Of a DNA stretch of 64,000 nucleotides, positions 30,041 to 41,912 are shown one piece after another. This stretch comes from Diplonema japonicum (lineage: Eukaryota; Protista; Euglenozoa: Diplonemea): positions 1-64,000 of the forward strand of contig OZ025671.1 of NCBI GenBank assembly GCA_964019335.1, in the 5' to 3' direction. The notes under the pieces were generated by a model. That model was not told the DNA's origin. It saw only the letters and a list, made by a program, of their open reading frames with translations, and did no database searches. Both the position numbers and the translations under genes were made by a program. Position 1 is the first letter of the stretch, and each line of letters starts with the position of its first letter.

Positions 30041-33000
30041 TCAAGCCCTGGGCCCTTGCGAGCCCAGGGGGGTGGATCGACCACCCTGGGGCCCCCTCAC
30101 ATCTCGTTGGACAGGGCCCTTCCCGACCTTAGCGGCGCGTTGGGCCGACTGGGTCTCGTGGGAAGGTACCCTTTTTCTGGCGACCTTTTCCCCGCCCTCT
30201 ACCCGGACATCGGGGTTGGAGGTTTCTGGGGTACTGACCTCCGGAGAGAGGCGCCCCCCGCCTTCAGCCCCCAGCACGGGAGACTGCGACGGACGAGCGG
30301 GCGAAGGCTCTCTGTCCACACCGGAGGGGGCCGAATGTGCCTCCGTCCCGTCCGACTCGCACAGGTCCGCGGCCATGGACACCACGGGCGCCTCCGGGAA
30401 CCTCGCCTCTGGAGAGTAGAGCCCTGCACCGCTCGCCCCCGGAATGGGAGATTGCGCCGTTTCGCCTTCCTCCTGCGGCGGCCTGCTACCCACGGCCAAG
30501 GGGGTCAGGGAAGGGGGCGGAACCGCTCCGAACAGCACGCGCATGCCAGCGGCCAGGCTCGATTCTCTTACGTCCAGCTGGCCGCGACCCTTCTTCACTT
30601 TTGGGGTCCGCTGGGCGGACTGAGCCTCATTCGAGGGCACCCTCTTCCTCGCCAGACCCCTGTTCCCACTGACCTCCGGCGAATCAATCTCGAGGGGCTC
30701 GGGCGCGGTCCCGTCCTCCACCGCCGCTCCCGTCTGGATGGGGGGCTCATTAGCTTCACCTTCCGCCTGGGCAGGGGACTCCCCTCCTTCCTCCTGGATG
30801 TGGGACTCATCACCCTCCGACTGAGTAGGGGATTCGCTATCCTCCACCTGGATGCTGGATCCACTGCCCTCCGTCTGAGTGGGGGACTCACCCACCTCCG
30901 CCTGGGTGGGAGACCCAGCCTCCTCCTCCTGGGCGGGGAGCTCCCGGACATGGGACTCACCACCCTCCGCCTGGATAGGGGGTTCGACGCCTTCCGACTG
31001 GATGGGGGACTCCTCCTCCCCGTCCGCCTCGAAGAGAACCCGCGCCACGTAAACTTCGTCTGACTCTAGTTGGACTGGGAACCAGGGGCGGACCGCAGGC
31101 CCCCTGACGTCCAGCAACGCTGGGTGCCTCTGTACCTTGGGATCCCTCTGGGCGGACAGGGCCTCGTTGGACGGGACCCTCTTCCTCACCAGGCTTTCCC
31201 CGATGGCTCCCACAAGCGTCACGGACGGTGTGTTCCCCGTGCTCCTGGCCTCCGGAGAGCCTGACTCACGGTCTCCCCCAAGCCTTGCCCTGTCCCCCTC
31301 CGACGAAGGGGGGCCTCGGGCAGCCCCTTCCAACACCGCCGCCACAATGGGGGAGTCGCACCCTCCTCCGAGCACCGACTGGGAGGCCCTTGGGGTTAGC
31401 ACCGCCGCTCCCTGTGAGGGTTGTGTCGTCCCCAGGCCGCTTTCTCCCGCGGGTACAGGAGAGAAGACATCCGCCTCCAGGATCGCCATGATCTGCTCCC
31501 TAGAGAACGCGCCCAGCCCGGTCCGCTCCACCTCCTGGCTCACCGCCGCTGGCGGGCCTCCGGCTTCTGCCGCTTCCAGATCGGGGCTCCCTTCGTCCTC
31601 CCTCATCGGGCTGGCCGACCCGGGTGACTCCGAACCTCCCTCCCCTCCGGCGCTCTGCAACTCTGCGTCCCCTTCTCCGACCCCGGGGCCTTCGCTGCTG
31701 GACTCTGGGGCGGACGAGAGGACTTCCTCCATCGAAGATGACGGTGAGGGCCCCCCCTCCCCTTCCTGCGGCCCCTGCCACGACATCTGGTCGTCCTCCC
31801 TTCCCGAGGGGGACGGAGAGAGGGGAAACTGGTGGTTGCTCGGTTCTCCACTTACCTCAGCCCGTCCCTCGAGCAGGAGTGGCCCCATAGGCTCATCCCC
31901 CTCTGATGCCTGTGGCGGGGTTAGGCCCCCCTCAACCTCCGTCTGGACCGTCCCCTGCGAGCCCTCCTCCTCCATTCCTTCGGGCAATACGGCTTGGATG
32001 GTGTTTTCTGTGCCAGTGTTCCCCTCTGATGCCTGCGGCGGAGTCAGGCCCCCCTCAACCTCCATCCGGTCCGTTCCCTGCGCGTCCTCCTCCTCCATTC
32101 CTTCAGGCAATGCGGCTTGGATGGTGTTTTCTGTGCCAGTGTTGCCCTCCGAGGAGGAGTCGGAGGCGTCCGACTGAGACGTCCCCTCCATGGGTTCCCC
32201 ACCCTCTATCGAATCACTCTTCTCCTCCTCCTCCTCCACGGACATGTCGGTCGGGCCCACCTCCTCCGCCGGGGTGGAGGTGTATCCCAGCGACGTCCCT
32301 CCGCCCTGCCCATCCCCGCTCTCTTCCGTGTCCTCCTCCATCAAGCCGGGCTCCTCCTCCTGAGGACTTCCCTCCCCCATGGACAAGTCGGCTGTTTCGT
32401 TTTCTTTAGAACCTGAGATGTCCACCCGCGGGGCAGCGGGGCCTGCCTGCGGGACCCACCCTTCTGCGAGCGAGCTCCCTGCCGTATCATCCTCCATCGC
32501 GTCGGGGCTGGAGACGTCTGGTAGCGGCACTGCCTCCCAGGGCTCCCTCACCTCCGTCGCGTCAGGGGTCCCCCCCTCCCCCGCGGGGGCCAAGTCCGTC
32601 CCTCCGACGACCGGGGGGGCGGCGGGGATGTCCGCCTGCGGAGCACCGCCCTCCAGCCCGTCCTCGCTTTCCACCTCCATCAAGCCGAAGTCCTCCCCCT
32701 GCAATGAGAGAGGGCCTGTCTGCAACTCCGCCTGCTCCTCTGGCATGTCCTCTGCCGGGTCCTCCTCCATCGCGCTGGGGCCATCCTGCGTCGTGCACAC
32801 TTCCTCCTCTCCAGCGGGCATGTCGGCTGATTCGGTTTTTGTCGTGCCTGACGCGTCCTCCGTCGAGGGTGGGGGGGCGCCCGCTGCCTGGGCTTCCTCG
32901 TCTCCTGGGCCATCGGGGGGGATGTCTGGGGCCGGGGGTGGGTCGGGCGGTGCTTGTGTCTCTTTGATCGGGTGCCTCCTCCTCGTCTCCACTGCCACCT

Positions 33001-36000
33001 CTCTCATGAGGGCTACGCTCAGTTCCTCTGTCATGGTCCTATAGACCTCCGTCGCGTCCCGCTGCCTCTTCTTCGCCACCTCCGCCGCGATCCTCTTCAG
33101 CACCCTCCTGGCGTCGGTCCCGAACCCGCCAAACGTCTCCAGAGCACAGGGGGTGAACCGTATCCGGGCTCTCTCGCAGTCGCTCGCGTACTTCGCCCGC
33201 TTCGACTCCGCCTGTTTCTCCGCAGCCGCCCCCGGAACCGCCATTGCCGCCGCCAGGTGGGCGCTCGCACACGGGTGGACCACCGTCACGTCGATGGCCA
33301 GAGGGCCCTCGCCTTCCACCCCCATCGGGAGGTAAACGTCAGCAGGCTTCCTCCCGTCACCCAGGAGGCCTTGTTGCTCCTTCACCGCTTGCAACCCGCC
33401 GCTGTAGCAGTGCTTCACCAACATGTCCCTCACCCTGTCGTGCCTCTTCGTCATGACCGCACCTCTCTTGCAAACCATGGCATGGTCGCCTAGTGCGTCG
33501 TTGTCCTCACCGCACATCGGGCACTTCCCCTCGGACCCGACTGCGGTGCCAAGGAGCCAGCTGGTCAGCGTCCTGAACTCATCGTTCTTTAGTTCGTTAT
33601 TCAAGCCCGTGATCGCCGTCAGCCAAGCCCCTGCTTTGTGAACCTTCAGCGAGTTCAACCTGGCCTTGTCCCTACCACCCGGGGAGCTCCCGAACAGCGC
33701 ACCCCAGGACTTCTCCTCGAGGATCTGCGACATCTTCCTCTGAGGGTACAGCCTCGGGGTGTTTCGCAGCAGGTCCACGGAGAGCCTGTCAGGATCGTCG
33801 GCTGCGAGGTGGCCGTTGAACCACTCGACCCCCCACTCCCAGCCACCCGCCAGTGAAGCGTCCCAGTCGTACCCCCCCAGGATCTCCGACGCCAGCTCCT
33901 GGGTCGCCGCCAGCGAGGCCATGTTCGCCACTAGGGCGTGTTCGCTGCAGCTGCGAAGGCCCATCCCTCCCCTCCTCGTCGCAAGCTTCGCCTGGCTCCA
34001 CTCCCTCTCCCCGAGCTCCCGGGCAAGAAGGTGCTCCATCGCCCCCTTCACCAGGCCGTCGAATTCCGTCAAGGGGCCCGCTAGCTGCGTGTGCGGTACC
34101 GTGCGCATGAGGTGGACCATCTTGCTGTACGAGCTGCAGTTCTTCACCAAGGCGTAGCCCGACTGGGTCCTCATCTTCTTCTGCATCTCGAAGGTCTTGC
34201 CCAGGGCCTCGAGCTTCTTTGCCAAGAAGGCCTTCGTGTACTCCGCGTCCCCTATGGGGGTCCCCAGGAGCTCGAAGTTCCCATCCGAGCTCATTTTCTC
34301 CTTGGAGAAACCGGAGAAGCCCCACTCTTCTGGGTCGGTCGGCTTCTCACCAGACACCCAGATCAACTCGCACTTCTGCGGCTTCACCTTCAGGCCTCGC
34401 TTCGCCGACTCCTCTACCACGATGCGGTAGGCCTTCTCCACCTGTCCCCTCTCTCCGGCCAGGAACCCGTCATCGAGGTAGAAGAACTGGAGGTCCAGAC
34501 TTGTATCCGCCCTTATCTTCTCCAGTACTGGCTGCAGCGCGAGGGAGAACAGCAACGGACCCACCGGGTCGCCCTGCTGGACCCCCTCCCTCGAGAGTAG
34601 CTCCGTCCCCTCGTGGAACAGCTTGGATGGGTGTCTGTAGCAAGATTCGGCCCACTTGTACCCCTTGGGAACCTTCGCGCACGCCTCCTTTAGCATCTCG
34701 TACCTGCTGATTGTGTTGAAGGCGTTTGCGTAGTCTATCTTGATCGCCACTCGGGATACGTCGTCCTGTTTCGCCTTCTCCACGTACTGCCTTGTCGCGT
34801 GGACAGCCGCCTCCATCCCCGCGGGGACCGCCACCCCGATCTGGCCCCCCTTCCTCAGGTAGGACTTGGCCACTTCCGCCCCTTCCTTGTCAAGGATTGC
34901 CTTCCCTACAAGTCGTCTCAGGCTCTCTCCTACGGCGATCGGACGGACTCCCCTGTCCGGTTTCCGCAGCGGAATCAAGCTCGCCCCTAGTAGCACCGGT
35001 GCCACCTCAGCCGGAGTCTGACCTCTGGCCATGATATTGCACACCTCGGTGAGAGCCGCCAGGGCCCCTACTTCCGTCACCACGCCGTCCACCCCGTCCT
35101 TCAGGTGTTGGGCGCTCAACCCAGTCGGCCCAGCCGCTTTCCCCTTGTCAAAGTCCCGGACCATGCTCAGAACGTCGACGGCCGTGACGTCCTCGAAGGA
35201 GTCAGCCGGATTCAGTTCTAGCCCCGAGGGGTCAACCGATGCCTCAGGGTGGAGGCCCAGGAGCTTCTCGAAGGTCTCGGTGGAGTCCTCCGCCAACCCT
35301 CCCGCAGTTAGCGCTGCGTTGGCTCTGGAGAAGCGCCCATCCCTGCACAGCGTCTCCCCTCTCTTCAGCCTGGATTCGTCGTCTGGATCCTTCGAGACTC
35401 TCTTCTCCGATAGGGGGACTCCGTTCCACACCTGCTGGTACTCCCCTCTGATCCAGGCCTCCAACTTCTGCTTGGCGCTGCTCTCCCCGGACTTCCGACG
35501 TGCCTTTCCACCCCTGCGTCTGCCCAGGCAAGCCTTCGGAAGCATCAGGAGCAGCACCCACGACAGGTAGGAGTTCTCCTGCTTCACCCTCACCAGTGCC
35601 GTCTTCAGCGCCAGACTCCACAACCCTTGGAGCGGGACGGGGATGTGCTTCATGAGGCCCACTTTCCGGGTGGCCACCTCCTCCAGAGAAGGAAGTGCGT
35701 CCCGGCTAGGGGCCGCCTTCACATCCACGGGACCCCCAGGAGCGCTGTACCTGGCGATGCACCTGACGTGAGCCGCCTCCCGTTCGCCCACCACCGACCC
35801 ACACACGCAGGTCTTGAGGCCAAACTTCTTCAGCTCCTGCGGGAGTACCTCCTCGTCCAGCAGGTGGTCGTTCAAGTGGGACTTCAGCAGTTCCCACCCC
35901 AAGATCGCCGGGCCTCCCATGTGGGACGACCTCTCGCACCCCCTCACCGGGCACTGGAAACTCCTGACCTTGCTGTCCAGTCGTGGGGCATCCTTCATGT

Positions 36001-38937
36001 GGTGTCCGTTGGGCCTGATGGAGGACTCCGGCATCAGGAGGTGGGCGAGGTCCAGGATGGCGGGCCTGGTCCCCGAGGGGGCTAGCCTCGCCTCCACCGC
36101 CCAATCCACCAGGGTGGACTTTCCGCCCTCCGAGACCAACACAGGCCTGTAGTGGGATCCCGTGAAGCCAAGCACCACCGTATCCTCCGGTTCCCTTGCC
36201 TCCCCGAGCTTCAAGACCTGGGCGTCACCCCCGGTCACGACCACGACCGTCTTTTGCCAGACCTCCACCGCCGCCTGCAGACAAAGGTGGTCCCCCCACT
36301 CCCCTTGCTTTGCCATGTAGTGGATGTAGGCCTCAAAACCGATCGGATCCACAAAGCTCTCGAACCTGCCCCTGTTGTCCCTTATGTGGTTGACCACCCG
36401 ACTCCTCACCTCTCCGTGTCGTTCCTTCTCCCCCAGCAGCACCACCGCCAGAGAGCGGAACAAGCAATCCCCTCCGCCCCCAGCATCCTCCTCCTTGGCA
36501 CCCACCTCGTGCAGGATCGACTCCCTGGTGACAGACGAGCCCGATATCCCACGGACGAGGCGGGAGGGCTCCTTCTCGGGCTTGGGCCGGCAATTCACGC
36601 ACCGCTCCTTGTTCCCCGCCGTGAACAGCACGCTGCACCCTCCGCAGATCGCGAAACCCATCGCCTTCGCGTTCTCTGGCGTGAGCTCTCCGGCGTGGGT
36701 CTTCGACAGGTGGTACTGCAAGCCCGCCTTCGACGAGTGCTCTTTCTTACCCTTCTCACACAGCAGGCACTCCCACACTCCGTCGGTCCTTCGGGAAGCC
36801 CCGGCCGTGCTCCTACTGGTGGCAGGGGGGCCTCCGGCTGCGCCTGGGGGCGGAGGCGGGGGTGGGGGTTGGGAAAGCGTTGCTCCGCCTTTGAGCGAGG
36901 AGGCTTCTAAGGGGAGGGGGGGCACGGGGCTCCGATAGACCACCCTGGTATAGGGCCCCCAACGTCTCCTGGCCACCCACCTCTTCCTCGCAAGGTGTTT
37001 CCCGGCCCTCGACCTGATGGCCCTCCTGGCCATCGCAGCCCTCTCCTCCGCTTCCGCTATCCCGATGAGCCGGGCTGCAACAGCTGGAGGGGCGGGACCG
37101 CACCCCTTCTTCTTGCAGGCTTCCCTTTCCCTCCTCTTCTCGACCCTTCTCTGGCGGTGCAGCCTCCTCCGCTCCCTGTCAGCGATTTCCCTAGCCTTCT
37201 CCCTGGCCTGGGCCCTCTCCTCGCGGCGCCTTTGGAGGGTGGCCTCGCTACGGTGTCTCCTCCTCCGACCCTTCGTCACCGTCTGCCTCGTCTTCCGGGG
37301 TCCCGGGGCCAACCAGGGTACTCCCCCTCCATTCCTCCCCTGCGGGGCGCGCTCCGGCTTCCATCTTTCCTCCTGGGCCACCGCCCCCACCACCCCCTGG
37401 AGGGTGGTGGAAACGGGGGCCAGGACCCCCCTCCTGTTAGTGAGTGTGGGTGTGTTTTTTTGTTTATTTTCCACCCTCAAAAAAAGTCCCGGACCCATTC
37501 GGATCCGGGTGTAAAGGGGGGGTGACAATGGGGGGGCCGAAGGGGCGCTAACCTCTCTAGGGAGAGCACCCTTCTCTTTTTTCTTCTTATCCTCCTTCTG
37601 GGAGGAAACAAAGGGGGGGGAATCCACTTGGGGGGGGTTTGCAAGGGGGGGATTTACAAGAGGGGGGACAGATAAACCATAAATAGAAGAAGCAGAGGAA
37701 GGGGCGCTACCCTCTCTCGGGAGTGCACCCTTCCCTTTTTTTTTTTTCTTATCCTCCTCCTGGGAGGGAACAAAGGGGGGGGGATCTACAAGGGGGGGGT
37801 TTACAAGGGGGGAATTTACAAGAGGGGGGACAGATAAACAAGAGAAAGAAGAAAAAGAAGAAGCGGAGGAAGGGGGGGAGTTTACAAGAGGGGAGACAGA
37901 TAATCCAGAGATAGAAGAAGCAGAGGAAGGGGCGCTACCCTCTCTCGGGAGTGCACCCTTACCTATTTTTTTCTTGTCCTCCCCCTGGGAAGAAACAAAG
38001 GGGGGGGAATCTACAATGGGGGGGTTTACAAGGGGGGAATTTACAAGAGGGGGGACAGATAAACAAGAGAAAGAAGAACAAGAAGAAGCGGACACCTCCT
38101 TCGCACTCTCTTTCCTTCTCCCCACAAACACAGTTTTTTTTTTTTCTATTTCCTCCACAGAGGACACAGAGGGGGAGGGGAGGGGCACGGGGCAGCCAAC
38201 CGTCCGCAGGGTGATCGACACCCTGGAGCCCGAAGAACACCCTTCGGGGATGTGGTGGGTCCATTCGTAGCGGGCCTCACCCTCCAGAATGGCCCAGGTG
38301 AAGGGAGGCACCAGGTACTCCCGCCGTACGAGAGGATGAGGACCACTGGTCCCAACCTCACGTCGTCGGTGTGGTGGGCGATTCCACACCCAGGCTCGTA
38401 TCGATTTACGAGCACCTGGTCTGGGGTGATCCCCAGCCCCGCTGCGGTGGCCACCTCCGCCACCCAACCCCTGGCCCCCTCTGGGATCGGGGTGGTGCGG
38501 CGCACTTTGGCACGGGCACCCACCCACCTGAAACCAAATTGGAGGGTTTCCCTCCCTTTGTTCCCCGAAATGGACTCCCACCCCCCCGAGAGCAAGGTCT
38601 CTGGGTGGGTGGGAGCTGGGCCTGTTCTTAAGCCCGGGGGGTGGTCCCCTCCCGTGAGCACCCACCCTCCTTCTTTCTTTTTTTCCCCCCTCTCAGTCTT
38701 CAGGCGGGTGGCGGTGGCGGCTGCGGAATCGGGAGCGGGCGCGCTGGCTGCGGGTGGTTCTATTTTTTTATGTTTTTTATTATTTTTTACGACATCTAGA
38801 GGGGATCTAAGGGGAGGGGAGGGGTCATACTGCCCGGCCAGATTTCGGTCTGGTCGGGTGGTCGGCTTGGTCGGCGTCTCTCGTAGGCGTTCCTCCTGCG
38901 GGCGGCGGTCTCCGACGACGTTTCGTCTAGGGTCCAT
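30041..38937 (-). pseudogene. Family A polyprotein copy 4, frameshifted within AlkB (net -40 bp at ~38319) plus in-frame 36-bp deletion (~38091); downstream ZnF-OTU-RT-RLE frame still open
   Basis: The ATG at 38937 gives only 263 aa. Versus copy 2, 42 bp are replaced by CC after GGTACT, and a 36-bp segment bounded by GGA microhomology is lost. Confidence 0.88.
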
Positions 38938-39078
38938 TTTTATTTTTTTTTTTTTTGTGTTGAGGGGGGAGGGGATCCTTTGCTAAACGGCAGGCGGGCC
39001 GGGCCGAAACAACCCCCCCAGACGACGACGAACGGACACCGAGCGGACGCAGCAGGCACCAACAAAAACACAGACGAC

Positions 39079-39117
39079 CAATAAAGTACAGAAACTGTAG
39101 CTTTAGAATCGTTGGTT
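39079..39117 (-). other. Spliced-leader exon copy (39 nt; first A may belong to flanking A-tract) at 5' end of A copy 4
   Basis: AACCAACGATTCTAAAGCTACAGTTTCTGTACTTTATTG followed by the same leader as copies 1-3. Confidence 0.9.
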
Positions 39118-39547
39118 TTTTTAAAAAGGGGGACTTGAGAAAATAAATAAAAAGGGGGACTTGAGAATGTTTTTTTTTTTTTTTTTCTTCAAAAGACACA
39201 CAAGGCACGATAAATCTTAAGAGAAAATAAAAATATTCCAAAACAGACAATCAAGTTCCAACCTGGGAGGAAGGCATGGGTTTCTCTTTTTCTTTATGGG
39301 AGGGAGAGGGGAAGAAGAAGAAGCAACTCCAAATGATAAAAATTCAAAAATAAAAATCTCAAAAAAGGCTTAAAAGAAGAAGAGGCAAATTCAAAAACAT
39401 ACTAGGGAGGAATGAGTGGGGCAGGGGGTAAAATTTAGGAGGGGGAAAGAGGGAGAATCAAAAAAGGGGAAAGGGGCAGAGTGGCCAATGTCCATGCGAA
39501 AAAGCATAGAGCGGGGGAAGAAGAAAATCAAAAACAGGAAAAACACA

Positions 39548-41674
39548 TCACCACAAAAGAAAAAAGAAAAGCAAGAGGGAGAACAGGGCGACCCAGGCCC
39601 ACGCCCCCAGGTGCTCCCATCTCACCCCTTCCTTGCTGTGTCCCGTCCGTCTGCGGTGCCTCCTTGTGCCGGTTGCAGCCCCAGGTGCCGGGATTCTGGG
39701 TGCCAGGGGTTGGGCTCCAGGCGTTCCCACCTCGGTCCGCTTCAGCCCCATTGCAGGGTCATCTGGCTTCTGTTCCAGGGCGGCCTCGTGTTCCTCTCTG
39801 CGGGCCCTCCTCCTCCCTTCTTTCCTCGCACGACGGTGCCTTTTCTTCTCCTGTCTGGCAGCCTCCCTCGCCCCCTCCCTCGCCTTGGTCCTCTTCTCCC
39901 GACGCCTCTGAAGGGCCGCTTCGCTCCTGTGCCTCCTCCTGTTCTTCTTCCGCTTGGGCGCTGGCTTAGGTTCCCTGCCACCCATGGCAATCCAGGGGGC
40001 TCTTTTCTGTCTTCTCACAAGGGTGTGCAGTGGTGCTCTCACGTCGCTCGCAGCCTCCGCCCCAACCACACCTTGGCGGGCGGTGGGGGTGGGTGCTGGG
40101 TCCCCCTGGTTGTTTGAAAAGAAAAAAGGTTCCTCCTTGTTTGTTTTTTTTTTTTCTTTCCCTTCCACCCTCAAAAAAAGCCCCCGGCCCTTGGGGACCA
40201 GGGTGTACACCTCCGTAGAGGGTCCAGAAAAAATGGGGGGCAGAGAGGGAGGGGCACTACCTTCTCTCGGGCGTGCTGTCTCTCCCTCTGCCTTTTTTTC
40301 CTCCGAAGAGGGTCTGTTTTTCACCTCCGTGGAGGGTCCCTCTGGAGAGGGCTCTATAAAAGAAAAAGGGGGGGACGAATGGGGGGGAGGAACACTACCC
40401 TCTCTCGGGAGTGCCACCTCTTCCCCTCTCTCTCTGTTTTCCTCCGAAGAGGGTCTGTTTTTTACCTCCGTGGAGGGTTCCTCTGGAGAGGGCTCTAAAA
40501 ATGAAAAAGGGGGGGACAAATGGGGGGGAGGAGCACCACCCTCTCTCGGGAGTGCCACCTCTTCCCCTTTCTCTCTATTTTCCTCCGAAGAGGGTCTGTT
40601 TTCCTCCGAAGAGGGTTCTAAAAAAAAAAGGGGGGCGGGTGGGGCACTATCCTCTCTTGGGAGTGCCACCCCCCCTTGCCCACAAAAAAGGGGATCTAAA
40701 AAAGGGGGTTCGTCTGTTAACCCAGGGGATGGGTCTTCCTGGGGTGTGCGGGTGAGCTTGGGGCCTACCGCACGCAGGGTGATCGACACCCTGACACCAG
40801 TGGACATCCCGGACGGGATGTGGTGCGTCCACTGGTGTCTCGCTTCACCTTCCAACAATGCCCATGAGAAGGGGGGCACCAGGTATTTCGCCACCCTGTC
40901 CCCCCTCCTCATGACCATTGTGGTCTCGGCTCCGTACGAGAGGACTAGGACAATCGGTCCCAGCCTCGCGTCGTCCTTGTGGGCGGCAATCCCACAACCA
41001 GACTTGTACTTGTTGACAAGTACCTGGTTGGGGACCACCTCGAGCCCTGCGGCGGCGGCCACCTCCCTCACCCACCCCTCCGCCCCCCCTGGGATCCCCG
41101 TGGTGGGGCGCACCTTGGCGTTCGTCCCCTCCCACCGGTACCCGTATTGGAGGGTCTCCCTCCCTGAGTTCCCAGACAGGGCCTCCCACTTTCCTGAAAG
41201 CAGGGCTTTCGGGAAGGCAGGGGCCGGGCCCGTCCTCAACCCGGGAGGGTGTTCACCATACACCAGTACCCACCCCTTTTTTTCTCCCTCTTTTCTTCCC
41301 TCTTCAACAATAGCAGGGTCGGCTGCAGGGGTCGTGGTCGCGGCGGTCGTGGCTGCGGCAGGGGCGGCTGCGGCGGTCTCAGTTGCGGCGATCAGGGCGG
41401 CAGGGTCGGCTGCGGCGTTCAGGGCGGCTGGGGCGGCCGTGGCTGTAGCAGCGGCGGTCAAAACCGCGGTCTCTGCTAGTGATTTTTTTATTTTATTTTT
41501 TTTTTCTAAAGGGGGGTGGGGGGATCTAGGGGGTGGGGGTGGGGATTCATACTGCCCAACCAGATAGTCTGGTTGGGTCGGCCCTGGCGTCGTGTGCAGC
41601 CTGGCGGCCTGTCGGGGTTCCTTCTCCCTGCGGTTTGCGCGGTCACCTCCTCTTGCGTTCCGTCTTGGATCCAT
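39548..41674 (-). CDS. 708-aa AlkB-domain protein of element B
   Basis: QVLVNKY..GCGIAAHKD..LVLSYG..LEGEARHQWTHHI..RVSITLR is intact, and the frame stays open through many homopolymers. Confidence 0.75.
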   Translation of the reverse strand: MDPRRNARGGDRANRREKEPRQAARLHTTPGPTQPDYLVGQYESPPPPPRSPHPPLEKKNKIKKSLAETAVLTAAATATAAPAALNAAADPAALIAATETAAAAPAAATTAATTTPAADPAIVEEGRKEGEKKGWVLVYGEHPPGLRTGPAPAFPKALLSGKWEALSGNSGRETLQYGYRWEGTNAKVRPTTGIPGGAEGWVREVAAAAGLEVVPNQVLVNKYKSGCGIAAHKDDARLGPIVLVLSYGAETTMVMRRGDRVAKYLVPPFSWALLEGEARHQWTHHIPSGMSTGVRVSITLRAVGPKLTRTPQEDPSPGLTDEPPFLDPLFCGQGGVALPREDSAPPAPLFFLEPSSEENRPSSEENREKGEEVALPREGGAPPPHLSPPFSFLEPSPEEPSTEVKNRPSSEENRERGEEVALPREGSVPPPHSSPPFSFIEPSPEGPSTEVKNRPSSEEKKAEGETARPREGSAPPSLPPIFSGPSTEVYTLVPKGRGLFLRVEGKEKKKTNKEEPFFFSNNQGDPAPTPTARQGVVGAEAASDVRAPLHTLVRRQKRAPWIAMGGREPKPAPKRKKNRRRHRSEAALQRRREKRTKAREGAREAARQEKKRHRRARKEGRRRARREEHEAALEQKPDDPAMGLKRTEVGTPGAQPLAPRIPAPGAATGTRRHRRRTGHSKEGVRWEHLGAWAWVALFSLLLFFFLLW

Positions 41675-41846
41675 TTTTTATTTTTTTTATTTTTTTTTAA
41701 AGTGTGTGTTGGGGGAGGGGATCCTTTCGGTAAGCGGCGGGCAGGCCGACAGGCAAAACAACCCCCCCGGACGACGGCGACGACGGACGACGGACGCAGC
41801 AGCAAACCCAGGCAGAGGCGGCAGGCACCAGCAGAACACGAACGAC

Positions 41847-41884
41847 CAATAAAGTACAGAAACTGTAGCTTTAGAATCGTTGGT
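41847..41884 (-). other. Spliced-leader exon copy (38 nt) at 5' end of element B
   Basis: Identical SL with a diverged downstream leader and a different upstream flank. Confidence 0.9.
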
Positions 41885-41912
41885 GGGAGAGGGAGTTTGC
41901 GGGTTTGCGGGT

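Larger units (their letters stand above)
1..39117 (-). repeat. Head-to-tail tandem array of a 10,659-bp unit (SL + leader + retrotransposon ORF + ~1.5 kb 3'/spacer); ~3.7 units visible, continuing past the left edge
   Basis: ORFs recur at exact +10659 offsets (e.g. 8723/19382/30041). Copies differ only by the few SNPs I spotted and two deletions in the last copy. The array ends exactly at the SL of copy 4. Confidence 0.97.
28534..39117 (-). mobile_element. CRE-clade RLE non-LTR retrotransposon, family A copy 4 (5'-most; damaged AlkB)
   Basis: Same unit but 76 bp shorter. Its full 39-nt SL has a different upstream junction from copies 1-3. Confidence 0.92.
39548..41884 (-). mobile_element. 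Element B: diverged relative of family A with 5' portion only (SL, leader, AlkB, linker, basic region; no ZnF/OTU/RT/RLE)
   Basis: Shares the MDPRRN start, the AlkB motifs, ALPREG repeats and the RRRHRSEA.LQRRRE block with A. Similarity ends just before A's first zinc finger. Confidence 0.85.

Noticed and set aside
38320-38665. Novel N-terminus MGAHGRGPPP... of the 2874-aa ORF
   Set aside because: GTG start in an alternative frame that is joined to the main frame only by the copy-4 frameshift.
52-38986. Hundreds of short plus-strand and off-frame ORFs in the array (e.g. 9819..10859, 8738..9745, 6348..7085)
   Set aside because: They are shadows of the GC-rich 2990-aa minus-strand ORF, with no recognisable domains and many non-ATG starts.
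39954-41567. 537-aa plus-strand ORF
   Set aside because: Antisense to the element B AlkB ORF and of low complexity.
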